Notes under the pieces: generated by a model | What the model was told of the DNA's origin: nothing | What the model saw: only the letters and a program-made list of their open reading frames with translations | Database searches by the model: none | Origin: Fulvimarina sp. MAC3 | GTDB lineage: Bacteria; Pseudomonadota; Alphaproteobacteria; Rhizobiales; Rhizobiaceae | Length of the DNA: 64,000 nucleotides | NCBI RefSeq assembly: GCF_039652615.1 | Contig: NZ_JBDJAC010000011.1 | Span: 15,744-79,743, forward strand | Direction of reading: 5' to 3' | Program-made: the position numbers and the translations under genes | Shown: positions 20,019 through 29,470 of the stretch, one piece after another | How positions within the stretch are numbered: position 1 is the first letter of the stretch | How the letters are laid out: each line of letters starts with the position of its first letter

Positions 20019-20459
20019 TCACCAGGAACCGGTGTTCTGCATCGAGGCCCATGGCTCCTTGGGCTGCAGCGCGTCGCCCTTCTGCAAAAGCTCGAAGGAG
20101 ATGCCGTCCGGCGATTTGACGAAGGCCATATGCCCGTCGCGCGGCGGCCTGTTGATGGTGATTCCTGAGTCCATCAGCTTCTGGCAGAGGTCGTAAATAT
20201 CGTCGACGACGAAGGCGAGATGGCCGAAATTACGCCCGCCCGTATAGGTTTCGGGATCCCAGTTATAGGTCAGCTCCATCAACGGAGCCTTGGTCTCCTT
20301 GGCCTGAGGCAGGTCGTCGGGCGCGGCGAGGAAAACGAGCGTAAAGCGGCCCTCTTCGCTTTCCTTCCGGTTGGTTTCGACGAGCCCCAGCTTGTTGCAG
20401 TAAAAGTCGAGCGACTGATCGAGATCGCTGACGCGGACCATTGTGTGCAGATAACGCAT
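20019..20459 (-). CDS. gloA: Lactoylglutathione lyase (glyoxalase I)
   Basis: 147 aa from [26 protein letters not shown]…; VOC fold with …[23 protein letters not shown]. The upstream 60 codons of the annotated ORF are not coding-like. Confidence 0.85.
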   Translation of the reverse strand: MRYLHTMVRVSDLDQSLDFYCNKLGLVETNRKESEEGRFTLVFLAAPDDLPQAKETKAPLMELTYNWDPETYTGGRNFGHLAFVVDDIYDLCQKLMDSGITINRPPRDGHMAFVKSPDGISFELLQKGDALQPKEPWASMQNTGSW

Positions 20460-20675
20460 GACGCATTCTCCGTTTTTAGGATTTCGTTGAGAGCGTACGA
20501 CTTGTTTCCGTACCTGGATCGCATGCTCTGATATGCTGGTTTTGCATCGGATTTTCCGAAAACCGGTTCCCGCTTTTCGCTCCGATGGCTTTAGACCCAA
20601 AACGAAAGGGGCCCTTTCGGACCCCTTAAGCTTGGTCATGAAACCCTGCCTGCCCAGAGGGGCAGGTTCAGAAAA

Positions 20676-21479
20676 TTACATCATCGACTCGCGGGCCTGT
20701 TCGACGGCGGCCATGCAGGCTTCTTCATTGCCCTCGTCGAGCGCCATCTGGGCAGCGGCGAGATGAGCGGTCACCATCTGCTGGTCGCCGGCCATGCTGG
20801 AGCCTTCTTCCATCGAAGACGAACCGGAGTCCGAACTCATGGTCGAGGCGCTGTCGGAAGAGGAGCTATCCGAAGAAGCCGTGTCCGAGGAACTGGAACC
20901 GGAACTCATCGACGAGTCCGAAGATGAGGACGAGTTGTCCGAGGACGCCATGTCGGAGCTGCTCGAAGAACCCTCTTCCTTCTGCGTTGCCTCTTCGGCA
21001 GCGGCCTGCTGGGATGCGTCGTCGTTACCTGTCGCCTCATCCGTCAGAGCAGCCGTCGGTGCGACGCCCGAAAGCGCGCCGGTCGAATTGTCCTTGTTGT
21101 TCTGGCCGGAAACGTCGCCCGCAGCCGTGAAGGTCGGATCGTCGTTCGAGACAGCTTCCTGATCGGTGTCGGCGGGGGCTGCGTCGGCAGAGGTCGTGCC
21201 GGATCCCTCTTCCTCCATGGTCGAGCCGCTCGCATCGTTCGGCGTAGACGACGAGGAGCTCGAAGCCGACATGTCGGACGAGCCCGACGACATGCTGCCT
21301 GAGTCTGAAGTGGACCCGCTCATATCGGTGTTCATCGAGGCCGAGCCTGTATTGGCCATCGAGCCGACCTGCTCCTTCAACTGCGCGAGTTCGTCCGAGC
21401 ATGCGGCGATCGCACCGTTCGCGGTAAGCGTTGCAGCGGACAGTGCCATCGCGGACGCAAGAACTTGCAGACGTGTCAT
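20676..21479 (-). CDS. Secreted Ser/Asp/Met/Glu-rich low-complexity acidic protein with Cys-containing N- and C-terminal caps; no known family
   Basis: About 267 aa. Signal peptide MTRLQVLASAMALSAATLTANGA; N-cap IAACSDELAQLKEQ; about 200 residues that are over 50 % S/D/E/T with recurrent MSSGSS/DMASS/SMSS motifs; C-cap MVTAHLAAAQMALDEGNEEACMAAVEQARESMM. A hairpin terminator lies at 20640-20665. Confidence 0.55.
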   Translation of the reverse strand: MTRLQVLASAMALSAATLTANGAIAACSDELAQLKEQVGSMANTGSASMNTDMSGSTSDSGSMSSGSSDMSASSSSSSTPNDASGSTMEEEGSGTTSADAAPADTDQEAVSNDDPTFTAAGDVSGQNNKDNSTGALSGVAPTAALTDEATGNDDASQQAAAEEATQKEEGSSSSSDMASSDNSSSSSDSSMSSGSSSSDTASSDSSSSDSASTMSSDSGSSSMEEGSSMAGDQQMVTAHLAAAQMALDEGNEEACMAAVEQARESMM

Positions 21480-21874
21480 CAATTTTCCTCCCAAGGGAAA
21501 TTCGTCGTGCCCGCCTCACCAACCGGGACTTGTCGGGATCGGTTCCCCAAGCCGGCAAAACAAATCCGCGTCATTTTCCGGAGGCGGCTAACCAGTCCCG
21601 TCGGTCTTTCCGGCCTGGACACACTTCGCGACAGCGCTTCGACCGTAAAGCGGGCGGAGCATTCATGGCGCTTGTCCGAGGATCGATTGATCGCGAAGAT
21701 CGCGTCCAGCTTCGCAACATGCGGCACTCCGGTCACGCCTTGCCGACGGTCTGCATCGAACCTTGCGTAAACTTGGGGTCGTTTTGCATTCGGCAGGCAT
21801 CGCCCCCTTGCGCCTTTACGTCCAATTAATGCTAAACTCGAACCAATTCGGTTGCGTAGAGGCGGATCATCCGA

Positions 21875-22450
21875 ATGACGGAGCGGACGTCAATTGGTCT
21901 GAAGAGTTTCGACGAGGAGATCGAGGCGACGGCGAATGTCGGCGTCTCTGTCGTGTCTGGTCACATCAAATGGTTCGACGTCGCGAAGGGCTTTGGCTTC
22001 ATCGTTCCGGACGACGAGAGCGAGGATGTCCTCATCCATGTGACCTGCCTTCGGCGAGACGGGTTCACGACGGCGCTCGAAGGTGCCCGCGTGGTGTGCG
22101 AGGTGCAGCGGGGCGAACGTGGTCTGAGCGCCTTCCGCATTCTCTCCATGGATACCTCCACCAGCGCCCATCCCTCCCAGATGCCGCCGGCCCGCACCCA
22201 CAATCAGGTTATCCCGTCGAGCGATCTCGTGACGGCGACCGTGAAGTGGTTCAACCGAACCAAGGGTTACGGCTTCCTGACGACCGGCGAGACCGACGAG
22301 GATATTTTCATCCACATGGAAACGCTTCGGCGCTTTGGCATGATGGAGCTTCGCCTCGGGCAGGAGGTGAGGGTGCGCTACGGCATCGGCCGCAAGGGCA
22401 AGATGGCGGCCGAAGTTCATCCCGTCGACGCCAGCCCCGCTTCGCACTGA
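21875..22450 (+). CDS. Cold-shock DNA-binding protein with two tandem CSD domains
   Basis: 191 aa with two CspA-like domains ([19 protein letters not shown]…DVLIHV and [19 protein letters not shown]…DIFIHM), each with RNP1-like K/RGFGFI. Confidence 0.9.
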   Translation: MTERTSIGLKSFDEEIEATANVGVSVVSGHIKWFDVAKGFGFIVPDDESEDVLIHVTCLRRDGFTTALEGARVVCEVQRGERGLSAFRILSMDTSTSAHPSQMPPARTHNQVIPSSDLVTATVKWFNRTKGYGFLTTGETDEDIFIHMETLRRFGMMELRLGQEVRVRYGIGRKGKMAAEVHPVDASPASH

Positions 22451-22635
22451 TATCGCGAACATTTGAAAGCGCAGCGTTTCCATGTCTTTCGGCCTGGAAG
22501 AATGCTGGGGCGCCGCCGTGCCAGGTGAGTGCCGGGTTGCGCCTTGGGGGCGTGCCATCTTGATGTCGCTCGTCGAGCCTGTCATGTCCTTTGTTCTGTC
22601 ACCGGCTGGTTCTGCTCCCTGAGCGCTGGCCGGTT

Positions 22636-22752
22636 ATACCGATGGACCTTTGAAAGCACCGCTTTTAAGGTCCGGCGGCAGCCAGAGCGGCGCTTGAGCC
22701 GTGCGCTGGACGAGAATTGGCCATGGGTCAATTCACCTGTCCGGCGGTATTA
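22636..22752. repeat. Family-A intergenic mosaic repeat
   Basis: taccgatggacctttgaaagcaccgcttttaaggtccggcggcagccagagcggcgcttgagccgtgcgctggacgagaattggccatgggtcaattcacctgtccggcggtat. Confidence 0.8.
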
Positions 22753-22778
22753 TGTGCCGAGAAAGGAAGACCGACGTC

Positions 22779-23240
22779 ATGCGCATGCCAGCCCGGATCA
22801 TCGCCGTCGCAGCGGTGCTTGTCGCCGGCGCCGTGTTTCTCGGCTCCGGACACGCGACGGCCGACGAAGTGCGGCTCGTCACGGATAAAGCGACCCATGT
22901 CATCGACGCCGAAATCGCCGATACCGAAGAGGAACGGCGCACCGGCCTGATGTTTCGCGAGGAGATGGCCGACGACGCCGGAATGCTGTTCGAGTTCGAC
23001 ACCACCCGGAACGTCTCGATGTGGATGAAGAATACGCTCATCCCCCTCGACATGTTGTTCATCGAGGAAGACGGCACGATCCTCTCCATTGCGCGCAACA
23101 CCAAACCCCTTTCCCTGGACGTCATTCCCTCCGGTGGGCCTGTGCGCTACGTCCTGGAACTCAATGGCGGCGCAGCCAGGCGCCTTGGCGTGGAGCCGGG
23201 CGACACGGTCGAACACGATTCCATTCCGCCGTCGCAATAG
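22779..23240 (+). CDS. DUF192 (COG1430) domain protein, secreted
   Basis: About 154 aa from [24 protein letters not shown] (signal), with [10 protein letters not shown]…GMLFEFD…[22 protein letters not shown], typical of DUF192. RBS gaaaggaag. Confidence 0.75.
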   Translation: MRMPARIIAVAAVLVAGAVFLGSGHATADEVRLVTDKATHVIDAEIADTEEERRTGLMFREEMADDAGMLFEFDTTRNVSMWMKNTLIPLDMLFIEEDGTILSIARNTKPLSLDVIPSGGPVRYVLELNGGAARRLGVEPGDTVEHDSIPPSQ

Positions 23241-23439
23241 GGCTGCCGATCCCCTTGCAATAACCCATGTCTGGCGTTATCAGGCATGCGTTGATCGAGC
23301 CGTCCGGCAGGGCATGCCGTGGCGGCTCTCGATGCTTTCGCGGCGCTTTTGACGGGATCGCGGGCGGTTTTCCTTCATTGGAAGACCAGACCGACGGTCT
23401 CCTTTGGCGCGAAGCGAACCTTAAGCCAAGGAGAGCAAA

Positions 23440-23640
23440 ATGCCCAAGATGAAGACCAAATCGAGCGCAAAGAAGCGTTTCTCGATGACTGCGACTGGCC
23501 GCGTCAAGGCCGGTCATGCCGGCAAGCGCCATGGCATGATCAAGCGTTCCAACGACTTCATTCGCGATGCGCGCGGCTCCAAGCTTCTCTCGAAGCCCGA
23601 CGAGCGCATCGTCAAGCTGTACATGCCCTACGACCGCTAA
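23440..23640 (+). CDS. rpmI: 50S ribosomal protein L35
   Basis: 66 aa; [14 protein letters not shown]…; SD aaggagag. Confidence 0.95.
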   Translation: MPKMKTKSSAKKRFSMTATGRVKAGHAGKRHGMIKRSNDFIRDARGSKLLSKPDERIVKLYMPYDR

Positions 23641-23686
23641 GCGCGGACTTTTCGGCATCACGAACGAATTCGAAGGATATTAGATC

Positions 23687-24109
23687 ATGGCACGCGTAAA
23701 ACGGGGCGTCACGTCCCATGCCAAGCACAAGAAAGTTCTGAAGCAGGCAAAAGGCTTCTACGGCCGCCGCAAGAACACGATCCGCGCCGCAAAGGCCGCT
23801 GTCGACCGCTCGAAGCAGTATGCGACGCGCGACCGCCGCGCCAAGAAGCGGAACTTCCGCGCACTCTGGATCCAGCGCATCAACGCTGCGGTTCGCGAGC
23901 ATGGCCTGACCTACGGCCGCTTCATCGACGGCCTGAACAAGGCCGGCATCGAGGTCGACCGCAAGGTTCTCTCGGACATCGCGATCCACGAGCCGGAAGC
24001 ATTTGCTGCGCTCTGCGAACAGTCGAAGGCGGCTCTCGAATACCTCAAGGGCGAGGGCCAGTTCCCGAACGCCTACGAGCGCGCCGTCGGCGAGAAGGCC
24101 GCAGCTTAA
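23687..24109 (+). CDS. rplT: 50S ribosomal protein L20
   Basis: 140 aa; [30 protein letters not shown]…; alphaproteobacterial C-terminal extension. Confidence 0.95.
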   Translation: MARVKRGVTSHAKHKKVLKQAKGFYGRRKNTIRAAKAAVDRSKQYATRDRRAKKRNFRALWIQRINAAVREHGLTYGRFIDGLNKAGIEVDRKVLSDIAIHEPEAFAALCEQSKAALEYLKGEGQFPNAYERAVGEKAAA

Positions 24110-24136
24110 GAAGCTCGGCCTTCAATAATTGAATTG

Positions 24137-24170
24137 CAAAAAGCCCGTGGCTTACGCTGCGGGCTTTTTA
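24137..24170. terminator. Bidirectional rho-independent terminator (rplT on +, GFA gene on -)
   Basis: caaaaAGCCCGtggcttacgctgCGGGCTtttta. Confidence 0.65.
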
Positions 24171-24212
24171 TATGCCGCGAAGGCTAAACTAGTCTGGCCG
24201 GATGACTCTCTT

Positions 24213-24602
24213 CTATCCGGTCCGGTCGCTCCCGTCCCGGTCCCGTTCGTAGCGTCTCGTTCCGGGAAAATCCGGAAGCCAGCTTTCGCGGCGCACGGTC
24301 CAGAGCTCGTAGGTCGGCTTGAGCTGGTTTGGTGTATCGAGTGAGCCGAGATTGATTTCGATCTCGTCCCCTGTCCGGGAGAAGACGGACGAGCCGCAAC
24401 GCGGGCAGAAGAACCGCCCCTCATGGCTTGCCGGCTCGCCGTCAATGGTCACGGTCGTCGCGGGGAAGATCGCGGAGGCATGGAACAGGGCGCCGTGATG
24501 CTTGCGGCAATCCATGCAGTGGCAGACACCGACGCGATAAGGCTCTCCCACTGCCGTGAAGCGAACCGATCCGCAGAGGCAGCCGCCGGTCAATCGATCC
24601 AT
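24213..24602 (-). CDS. GFA-family protein (glutathione-dependent formaldehyde-activating / CENP-V-like zinc domain)
   Basis: 129 aa; GGCLCGSVRF … CHCMDCRKHHGA … CPRCGS cysteine pattern of the GFA (PF04828) fold. Confidence 0.8.
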   Translation of the reverse strand: MDRLTGGCLCGSVRFTAVGEPYRVGVCHCMDCRKHHGALFHASAIFPATTVTIDGEPASHEGRFFCPRCGSSVFSRTGDEIEINLGSLDTPNQLKPTYELWTVRRESWLPDFPGTRRYERDRDGSDRTG

Positions 24603-24680
24603 GTCATGTGCCTCCTCGCGTGCTCTTGCGTTTCCGGGGAACAGATGACGCGAGCCCCATGTCTTCAGGCATGATCGGCA

Positions 24681-25109
24681 TTGCCCACGAAGGGTTTTGC
24701 CGCAAGTCTCTCCGGAATGGACACATGGCTGCAGGCTGCGAGAACATGGGCGGGAGCGATAAAACGCGACGTCTTCGCACTGTGGATCGCCGCGCGCGAT
24801 CCGCGAACGCCCCTGGCTGCCAAGCTCGTCGCGGGCGCCGTCGCGGCCTATGCCTTCTCGCCCATCGATCTTGTTCCTGATTTTGTCCCCATTCTCGGCT
24901 TGCTCGATGACCTCCTGATCGTCCCGCTCGGGGTCATGCTTGCGGTTCGCCTCATCCCCGCACCGCTTTTGGCCGAATTTCGGGACAAAGCCCTTCGTCG
25001 CAAGGACAGACCCACGAGCCGAGGCGGGCTGGTGACGGTCGTTCTGATCTGGATTGCTATCTCGGTCCTGATCGGGTGGCTGTTCTGGTCACGGCTCACC
25101 GACAGATGA
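24681..25109 (+). CDS. DUF1232 (YkvA-like) membrane protein
   Basis: 142 aa; two TM helices and the conserved …FSPIDLVPDFVPILGLLDDLLIV… segment. Confidence 0.65.
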   Translation: MPTKGFAASLSGMDTWLQAARTWAGAIKRDVFALWIAARDPRTPLAAKLVAGAVAAYAFSPIDLVPDFVPILGLLDDLLIVPLGVMLAVRLIPAPLLAEFRDKALRRKDRPTSRGGLVTVVLIWIAISVLIGWLFWSRLTDR

Positions 25110-25250
25110 TCTTCGACCACGGGGCTGCGCTGCGCGGGCGATGATGCCACCGCACACGCCTGCCGCTTCCATCCCGCGGCACCTTGCGCTAACGAGGCGC
25201 AAGGACCGGCCGGGACCATCCGGCACCATATTCTCACAGGAGTTGGCCGC

Positions 25251-26330
25251 GTGAGCGACACCCTCGAAACCGATCTTATCGCAGCGATCGAGGCTGCGGA
25301 GGATGAAACTGCCCTCGAGACGATCCGGATTGCCGAGCTGGGCAAGAAGGGTCGCATCTCCGAGATGATGAAGAGTCTCGGGAAGATGAGCCCCGAGGAG
25401 CGAAAGAGCGAAGGCCCGCGCCTCAACGGTTTGCGCGACCGGGTGCAGGGCGCGATCACCGCGCGGCGCGAGGCGCTTGCGGATGTGGCGATCGCGCGCC
25501 GACTCGCTTCCGAGCGGGTCGATGTGACGCTCCCCGTCCGCCCTTCTCCGGCTGCCCGCGGGCGCATCCATCCGATCAGCCAGGTGATCGACGAGATCAC
25601 GGCGATCTGCGCCGATATGGGTTTCTCGATCGCCGAGGGGCCGGACATCGAGACCGACTACTACAACTTCACGGCGCTGAACTTCCCCGAAGGCCACCCG
25701 GCGCGCGAGATGCACGACACCTTCTTCCTCCAGCCGGACGAAAATGGCGAACGCAAGGTGCTGCGCACCCATACCTCGCCGGTGCAGATCCGGACGATGG
25801 AGAACCAGAAGCCGCCGATCCGAATCGTCATTCCGGGCAAGACCTACCGGCAGGATTCCGATGCCACCCATTCGCCGATGTTCCATCAGCTGGAGGGTCT
25901 TGTCGTCGACAAGTCGGCCAATATCGCGAACCTGAAATGGGTTCTGCGGGAGTTCTGCAAGGCTTTCTTCGAGGTGGACGACCTGAAGATGCGCTTCCGG
26001 CCGTCCTTCTTCCCGTTCACCGAGCCGTCCATGGAGGTCGACATCCAGTGCGACCGCTCCAAACCCGGCGAGGTGCGGTTCGGCGAAGGCGACGACTGGA
26101 TGGAGATCCTCGGCTGCGGCATGGTCCATCCGAACGTCTTGCGCGCCGGCGGGCTCGATCCGGACGTCTATCAGGGCTTTGCCTGGGGCATGGGTATCGA
26201 CCGCATCGCCATGCTGAAATACGGCATGCCGGATCTGCGGGCCTTCTTCGATTCCGACGTGCGCTGGATCGAGCATTACGGCTTCCGCCCGCTCGATGTC
26301 CCGACCCTGTTCGGCGGCTTGAGCCAGTAA
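25251..26330 (+). CDS. pheS: Phenylalanine--tRNA ligase alpha subunit
   Basis: 359 aa; class II aaRS motifs (…[15 protein letters not shown]…, …[10 protein letters not shown]…, [30 protein letters not shown]). Follows rplT as in the conserved infC-rpmI-rplT-pheST cluster. Confidence 0.95.
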   Translation: MSDTLETDLIAAIEAAEDETALETIRIAELGKKGRISEMMKSLGKMSPEERKSEGPRLNGLRDRVQGAITARREALADVAIARRLASERVDVTLPVRPSPAARGRIHPISQVIDEITAICADMGFSIAEGPDIETDYYNFTALNFPEGHPAREMHDTFFLQPDENGERKVLRTHTSPVQIRTMENQKPPIRIVIPGKTYRQDSDATHSPMFHQLEGLVVDKSANIANLKWVLREFCKAFFEVDDLKMRFRPSFFPFTEPSMEVDIQCDRSKPGEVRFGEGDDWMEILGCGMVHPNVLRAGGLDPDVYQGFAWGMGIDRIAMLKYGMPDLRAFFDSDVRWIEHYGFRPLDVPTLFGGLSQ

Positions 26331-26365
26331 TCGCTTAAAGGTTCTGACCCTTTCTGCGACAGCCT

Positions 26366-26414
26366 GATGCCGATGGACCCCTTGAAAGCACTGCTTTCGA
26401 AGTCCGTCGGCACG
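26366..26414. repeat. Partial family-A repeat (first hairpin module only)
   Basis: gatgccgatggaccccttgaaagcactgctttcgaagtccgtcggcacg. Confidence 0.5.
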
Positions 26415-26673
26415 ATGATGAACGGGCTCGCCGTTTTGAGCGAGATGCGACAGGCCCTGATCGACATCTCACTGTCAATTTTTGTTCTTGCGCATGATGC
26501 GAGCCGGGACGTCATGCAACGTTCCGGAGCGACTTTCACCTTATGTCATCGGACAATTCGGTGCCTTCGAAGCGCCGGGTGAAACGCGTGAACCGCCGTT
26601 CCAAAGATGCAGCGCGGAACCAGGATATGGCCGCAGCAAGACCGTTTTCGACCCCTGACCAGGAGGCTGCCCT

Positions 26674-27057
26674 TTGAGCGAAGCGCCCGACGATCGCGAT
26701 GTTCCGCCGAAGGAAACGGGCCTTCGCCATCTCCTGCATTCGGCGCGCTACTCCTTCGCCGGGTTTTTGCGGCTCACGCGCGAAGCAGCGTTCAGGCAGG
26801 AACTTGCCGCCTTCGCCGCAGTCATGATCTGGCATCTCGTCTTCGGATCGCCGCTCTGGCTGTTTCTCGCTCAGGGCGTTGCAGCACTGCTGCTGTTCGC
26901 GGTGGAGGCGCTCAACACAGCCCTCGAAGAGCTTCTCGATCACGTCTCGCCGGAGTTCAGCACGACAGCGAAACACGGCAAGGATCTCGGCTCCTTCGCG
27001 GTGGCCTGCCTCTTGATCGCCAACGCGCTCGTCGCTTTCGCGGTTTTCGTCAACTGA
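26674..27057 (+). CDS. dgkA: Prokaryotic diacylglycerol kinase
   Basis: 127 aa with a TTG start after SD caggagg. Three TM helices and DgkA signature EALNTALEELLDHVSPE…AKHGKDLGSFAV. Confidence 0.8.
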   Translation: MSEAPDDRDVPPKETGLRHLLHSARYSFAGFLRLTREAAFRQELAAFAAVMIWHLVFGSPLWLFLAQGVAALLLFAVEALNTALEELLDHVSPEFSTTAKHGKDLGSFAVACLLIANALVAFAVFVN

Positions 27058-27171
27058 TCGGCAAGGTGCTCCGGGGGGTGGGTCACCGCACTTGCTTGCG
27101 TCACCGTCCTGTCCGAACGATACTCCGCGAAAGCCGGCCCAGAAGGGCCGCGCATCATCGGAAAACATCAC

Positions 27172-28230
27172 ATGGATCTTCTCGGCGTATCTCCCGGCCT
27201 CATCGCGATCGTCGTCCTCGTCATCATCGCGGTCTTCGTCCTGTCGTCGGTGATCAAGATCGTGCCTCAGGGCTATAACTGGACCATCGAGAATTTCGGC
27301 CGTTACACGCGGACGCTGACGCCGGGCCTCAGCCTTCTCGTCCCTTTCATCGAGCGTGTCGGGCACAAGATGAACATGATGGAACAGGTGCTCGACGTGC
27401 CCACCCAGGAGGTGATCACACGCGACAACGCATCCGTTGCGGCCGACGGGGTCGCCTTCTATCAGATCCTCGACGCAAGGGCCGCGGCCTACGAGGTGTC
27501 CGGCCTCGAATATGCGATCCTCAATCTCGTCATGACGAATCTGCGCTCGGTCATGGGTTCGATGGATCTCGACGACCTCCTGTCGAACCGCGACTCGATC
27601 TCCGAGCGCATATTGCGGGTGGTGGACGATGCCTCTCACAGCTGGGGCATCAAGATCACGCGGATCGAGATCAAGGACATCAATCCGCCGAAGAACCTCG
27701 TCGATGCCATGGCGCGCCAGATGATGGCAGAGCGCGAGAAGCGCGCCGAGATCCTCGAGGCGGAGGGTGAAAAGAGCGCCGCGATCCTGAGGGCGGAGGG
27801 CGCCAAGCAGTCGGCCATCCTGAAGGCCGAGGGCCAGCGCGATGCGGCTTTCCGTGATGCCGAGGCGCGCGAGCGACAGGCCGAGGCCGAAGCTGCGGCG
27901 ACCCGGATGGTGTCCGAGGCGATCGCAGCCGGGGACGTCCAGGCCATCAACTATTTCGTCGCGCAGAAGTATACCGAAGCGCTCGCGCAGATCGCCTCCG
28001 CGCCGAACCAGCGGGTCGTCCTCATGCCGCTGGAGGCTTCGTCGCTGATGGGCTCGATTGCCGGCATATCGGAACTGGCGCGGGCAAGCTTCGGCGATCT
28101 TCCAGCGGCACAGACTTCGGCGCCCGAGCCGGCGAGAACGCGTCCTAACCGGACAAGCCGTCCGAGCGGGCCACAGGCCGGCCCGCCGGAATTCACCACC
28201 CGCTCGAACTGGGACGGCAACGGAGGCTGA
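27172..28230 (+). CDS. SPFH/Band-7 (stomatin-like) membrane protein
   Basis: 352 aa; N-terminal TM, SPFH domain (VPQGYNWTIENFGRYTRTLTPGLSLLVPFIERV…), and a long Ala/Glu coiled-coil tail. Confidence 0.88.
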   Translation: MDLLGVSPGLIAIVVLVIIAVFVLSSVIKIVPQGYNWTIENFGRYTRTLTPGLSLLVPFIERVGHKMNMMEQVLDVPTQEVITRDNASVAADGVAFYQILDARAAAYEVSGLEYAILNLVMTNLRSVMGSMDLDDLLSNRDSISERILRVVDDASHSWGIKITRIEIKDINPPKNLVDAMARQMMAEREKRAEILEAEGEKSAAILRAEGAKQSAILKAEGQRDAAFRDAEARERQAEAEAAATRMVSEAIAAGDVQAINYFVAQKYTEALAQIASAPNQRVVLMPLEASSLMGSIAGISELARASFGDLPAAQTSAPEPARTRPNRTSRPSGPQAGPPEFTTRSNWDGNGG

Positions 28231-28234
28231 ACCG

Positions 28235-28705
28235 ATGCTCGAATCCTTCGAGCCGGAACATTGGTGGTGGATTGCGGGCTTCGTGCTTCTGGCGCTGGAG
28301 CTCGCCTCCCCCGGTGTCTACTTCCTGTTCTTCGGCCTTGCGGCCCTCGTCGTCGGCACCAATGCGTTTCTTCTGCCCGAAAGCGTTTTCGGGATCAGTC
28401 AGCAGCTGATCGCGTTCGCGACGGTCAGCGCGGCGGCGATCTATCTCGGCGGGCGTTGGTATCGATCGAGCCGGGGCAAGGGAGGCGATGTGCCCGAGAA
28501 CCCGGCGCGGCGTCTGATCGGGCGCGAGACGATCCTCTCCGAGGCGATCACCTCGGGGCGCGGCCGCGCCAAGATCGGCGACAGCTGGTGGACGGTCGAG
28601 GGACCTGACCTGCCGCAAGGCACGCGCGTTCGCGTTCGCGATGCCTCGTCGAGCATTCTGCAGGTGGACCCGGTCGAAGTCGCAAGACCGCCCGGCGCTG
28701 ACTGA
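28235..28705 (+). CDS. NfeD-like membrane protein, partner of the upstream SPFH protein
   Basis: 156 aa; two N-terminal TM helices and a C-terminal OB-fold beta domain (AKIGDSWWTVEGPDLPQGTRVRVRD). Starts 5 nt after the stomatin stop. Confidence 0.8.
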   Translation: MLESFEPEHWWWIAGFVLLALELASPGVYFLFFGLAALVVGTNAFLLPESVFGISQQLIAFATVSAAAIYLGGRWYRSSRGKGGDVPENPARRLIGRETILSEAITSGRGRAKIGDSWWTVEGPDLPQGTRVRVRDASSSILQVDPVEVARPPGAD

Positions 28706-28925
28706 TACCGGCGGACGCATGAAAGCGCCCTTTCACAGAAAGCATCGGCATATCGAGCGGCGCAGTGAGCGGTTTTGAAATCTATGATCGGGAACAACGA
28801 CCGGACGGATCTCGTATAATGCCGTGTCCGGCTGGTTAAGCCGAGAACCCTATCGAAGCCCCAAGCGGCGCAGACACGTTTGCAAATCCGTTATCGCGAA
28901 GCGATCCAACGAATTTCGTATGACA
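28704..28925. repeat. Composite mosaic repeat: a variant hairpin module (28704-28823) fused to a family-B element (28824-28925)
   Basis: …ctgataccggcggacgcatgaaagcgccctttcacag…atcgagcggcgcagtgagcgg… then gtccggctggttaagccgagaaccctatcgaagccccaagcggcgcagacacgtttgcaaatccgttatcgcgaagcgatccaacgaatttcgtatgac. Confidence 0.7.
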
Positions 28926-29104
28926 GAATGCTGCGCAGCCGATATGATGTCAGGACAAGTCCCTGTTTTTATGGGACCCTCAGTATCGGATCGAAACGTT
29001 GAAGGCCGATTTTCGGGCCGTCCGATGCCAAATCATCAGACAGGAGCCGAGAGACTCAAGGTTTCGATCTCGGGTCAGGTGCTTCAGAGAAAGCGGATCG
29101 CTAT

Positions 29105-29297
29105 GTTTCTGGACGAAAAGAACGAGTGGCATCCACCTGAACCTGCCAGACAGCCCCCAAGGCCGTCGCTTTCGCGCTCCGACAAGGCCGTGTTGGGGGT
29201 CGTCGTCTTCAATGTCCTGCTGTTGTGTTTCGCGCCGATGGGCCTCGTGCTCGTGCCCATGGCCATTGATGCCGCACTCGCAGCCTTCGGGGGCTGA
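29105..29297 (+). CDS. Possible small membrane protein (64 aa), low confidence
   Basis: MFLDEKNEWHPPEPARQPPRPSLSRSDKAVLGVVVFNVLLLCFAPMGLVLVPMAIDAALAAFGG has one clear TM helix. It sits in a locally lower-GC segment between B- and A-type repeats, and its RBS is weak. Confidence 0.25.
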
Positions 29298-29412
29298 TAC
29301 CGGCGGACCTTTGAAACCATCGGTTTCATGGGTCGTCGGCAGCCCGAGCGGCGTTTGAGCCGTTTGCCGGGCGTGGATTGACCCGACGGGTCAATTCATT
29401 CGTCCGGCGGTA
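29295..29412. repeat. Family-A intergenic mosaic repeat
   Basis: ctgataccggcggacctttgaaaccatcggtttcatgggtcgtcggcagcccgagcggcgtttgagccgtttgccgggcgtggattgacccgacgggtcaattcattcgtccggcggtat. Nearly identical to copies at 37417 and 49786. Confidence 0.85.
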
Positions 29413-29470
29413 TGAGAAACGCTATGGTTCTCGTTCGGGCTCGAAGGCTCGGGGTTAAAAGCGGCCGCTT

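Noticed and set aside
25089-26276. 395-aa minus-strand ORF
   Set aside because: It is antisense to pheS.
26536-27639. 367-aa minus-strand ORF
   Set aside because: It lies antisense to dgkA and the stomatin gene, both well supported, and is Arg/Asp/Glu-rich low-complexity.
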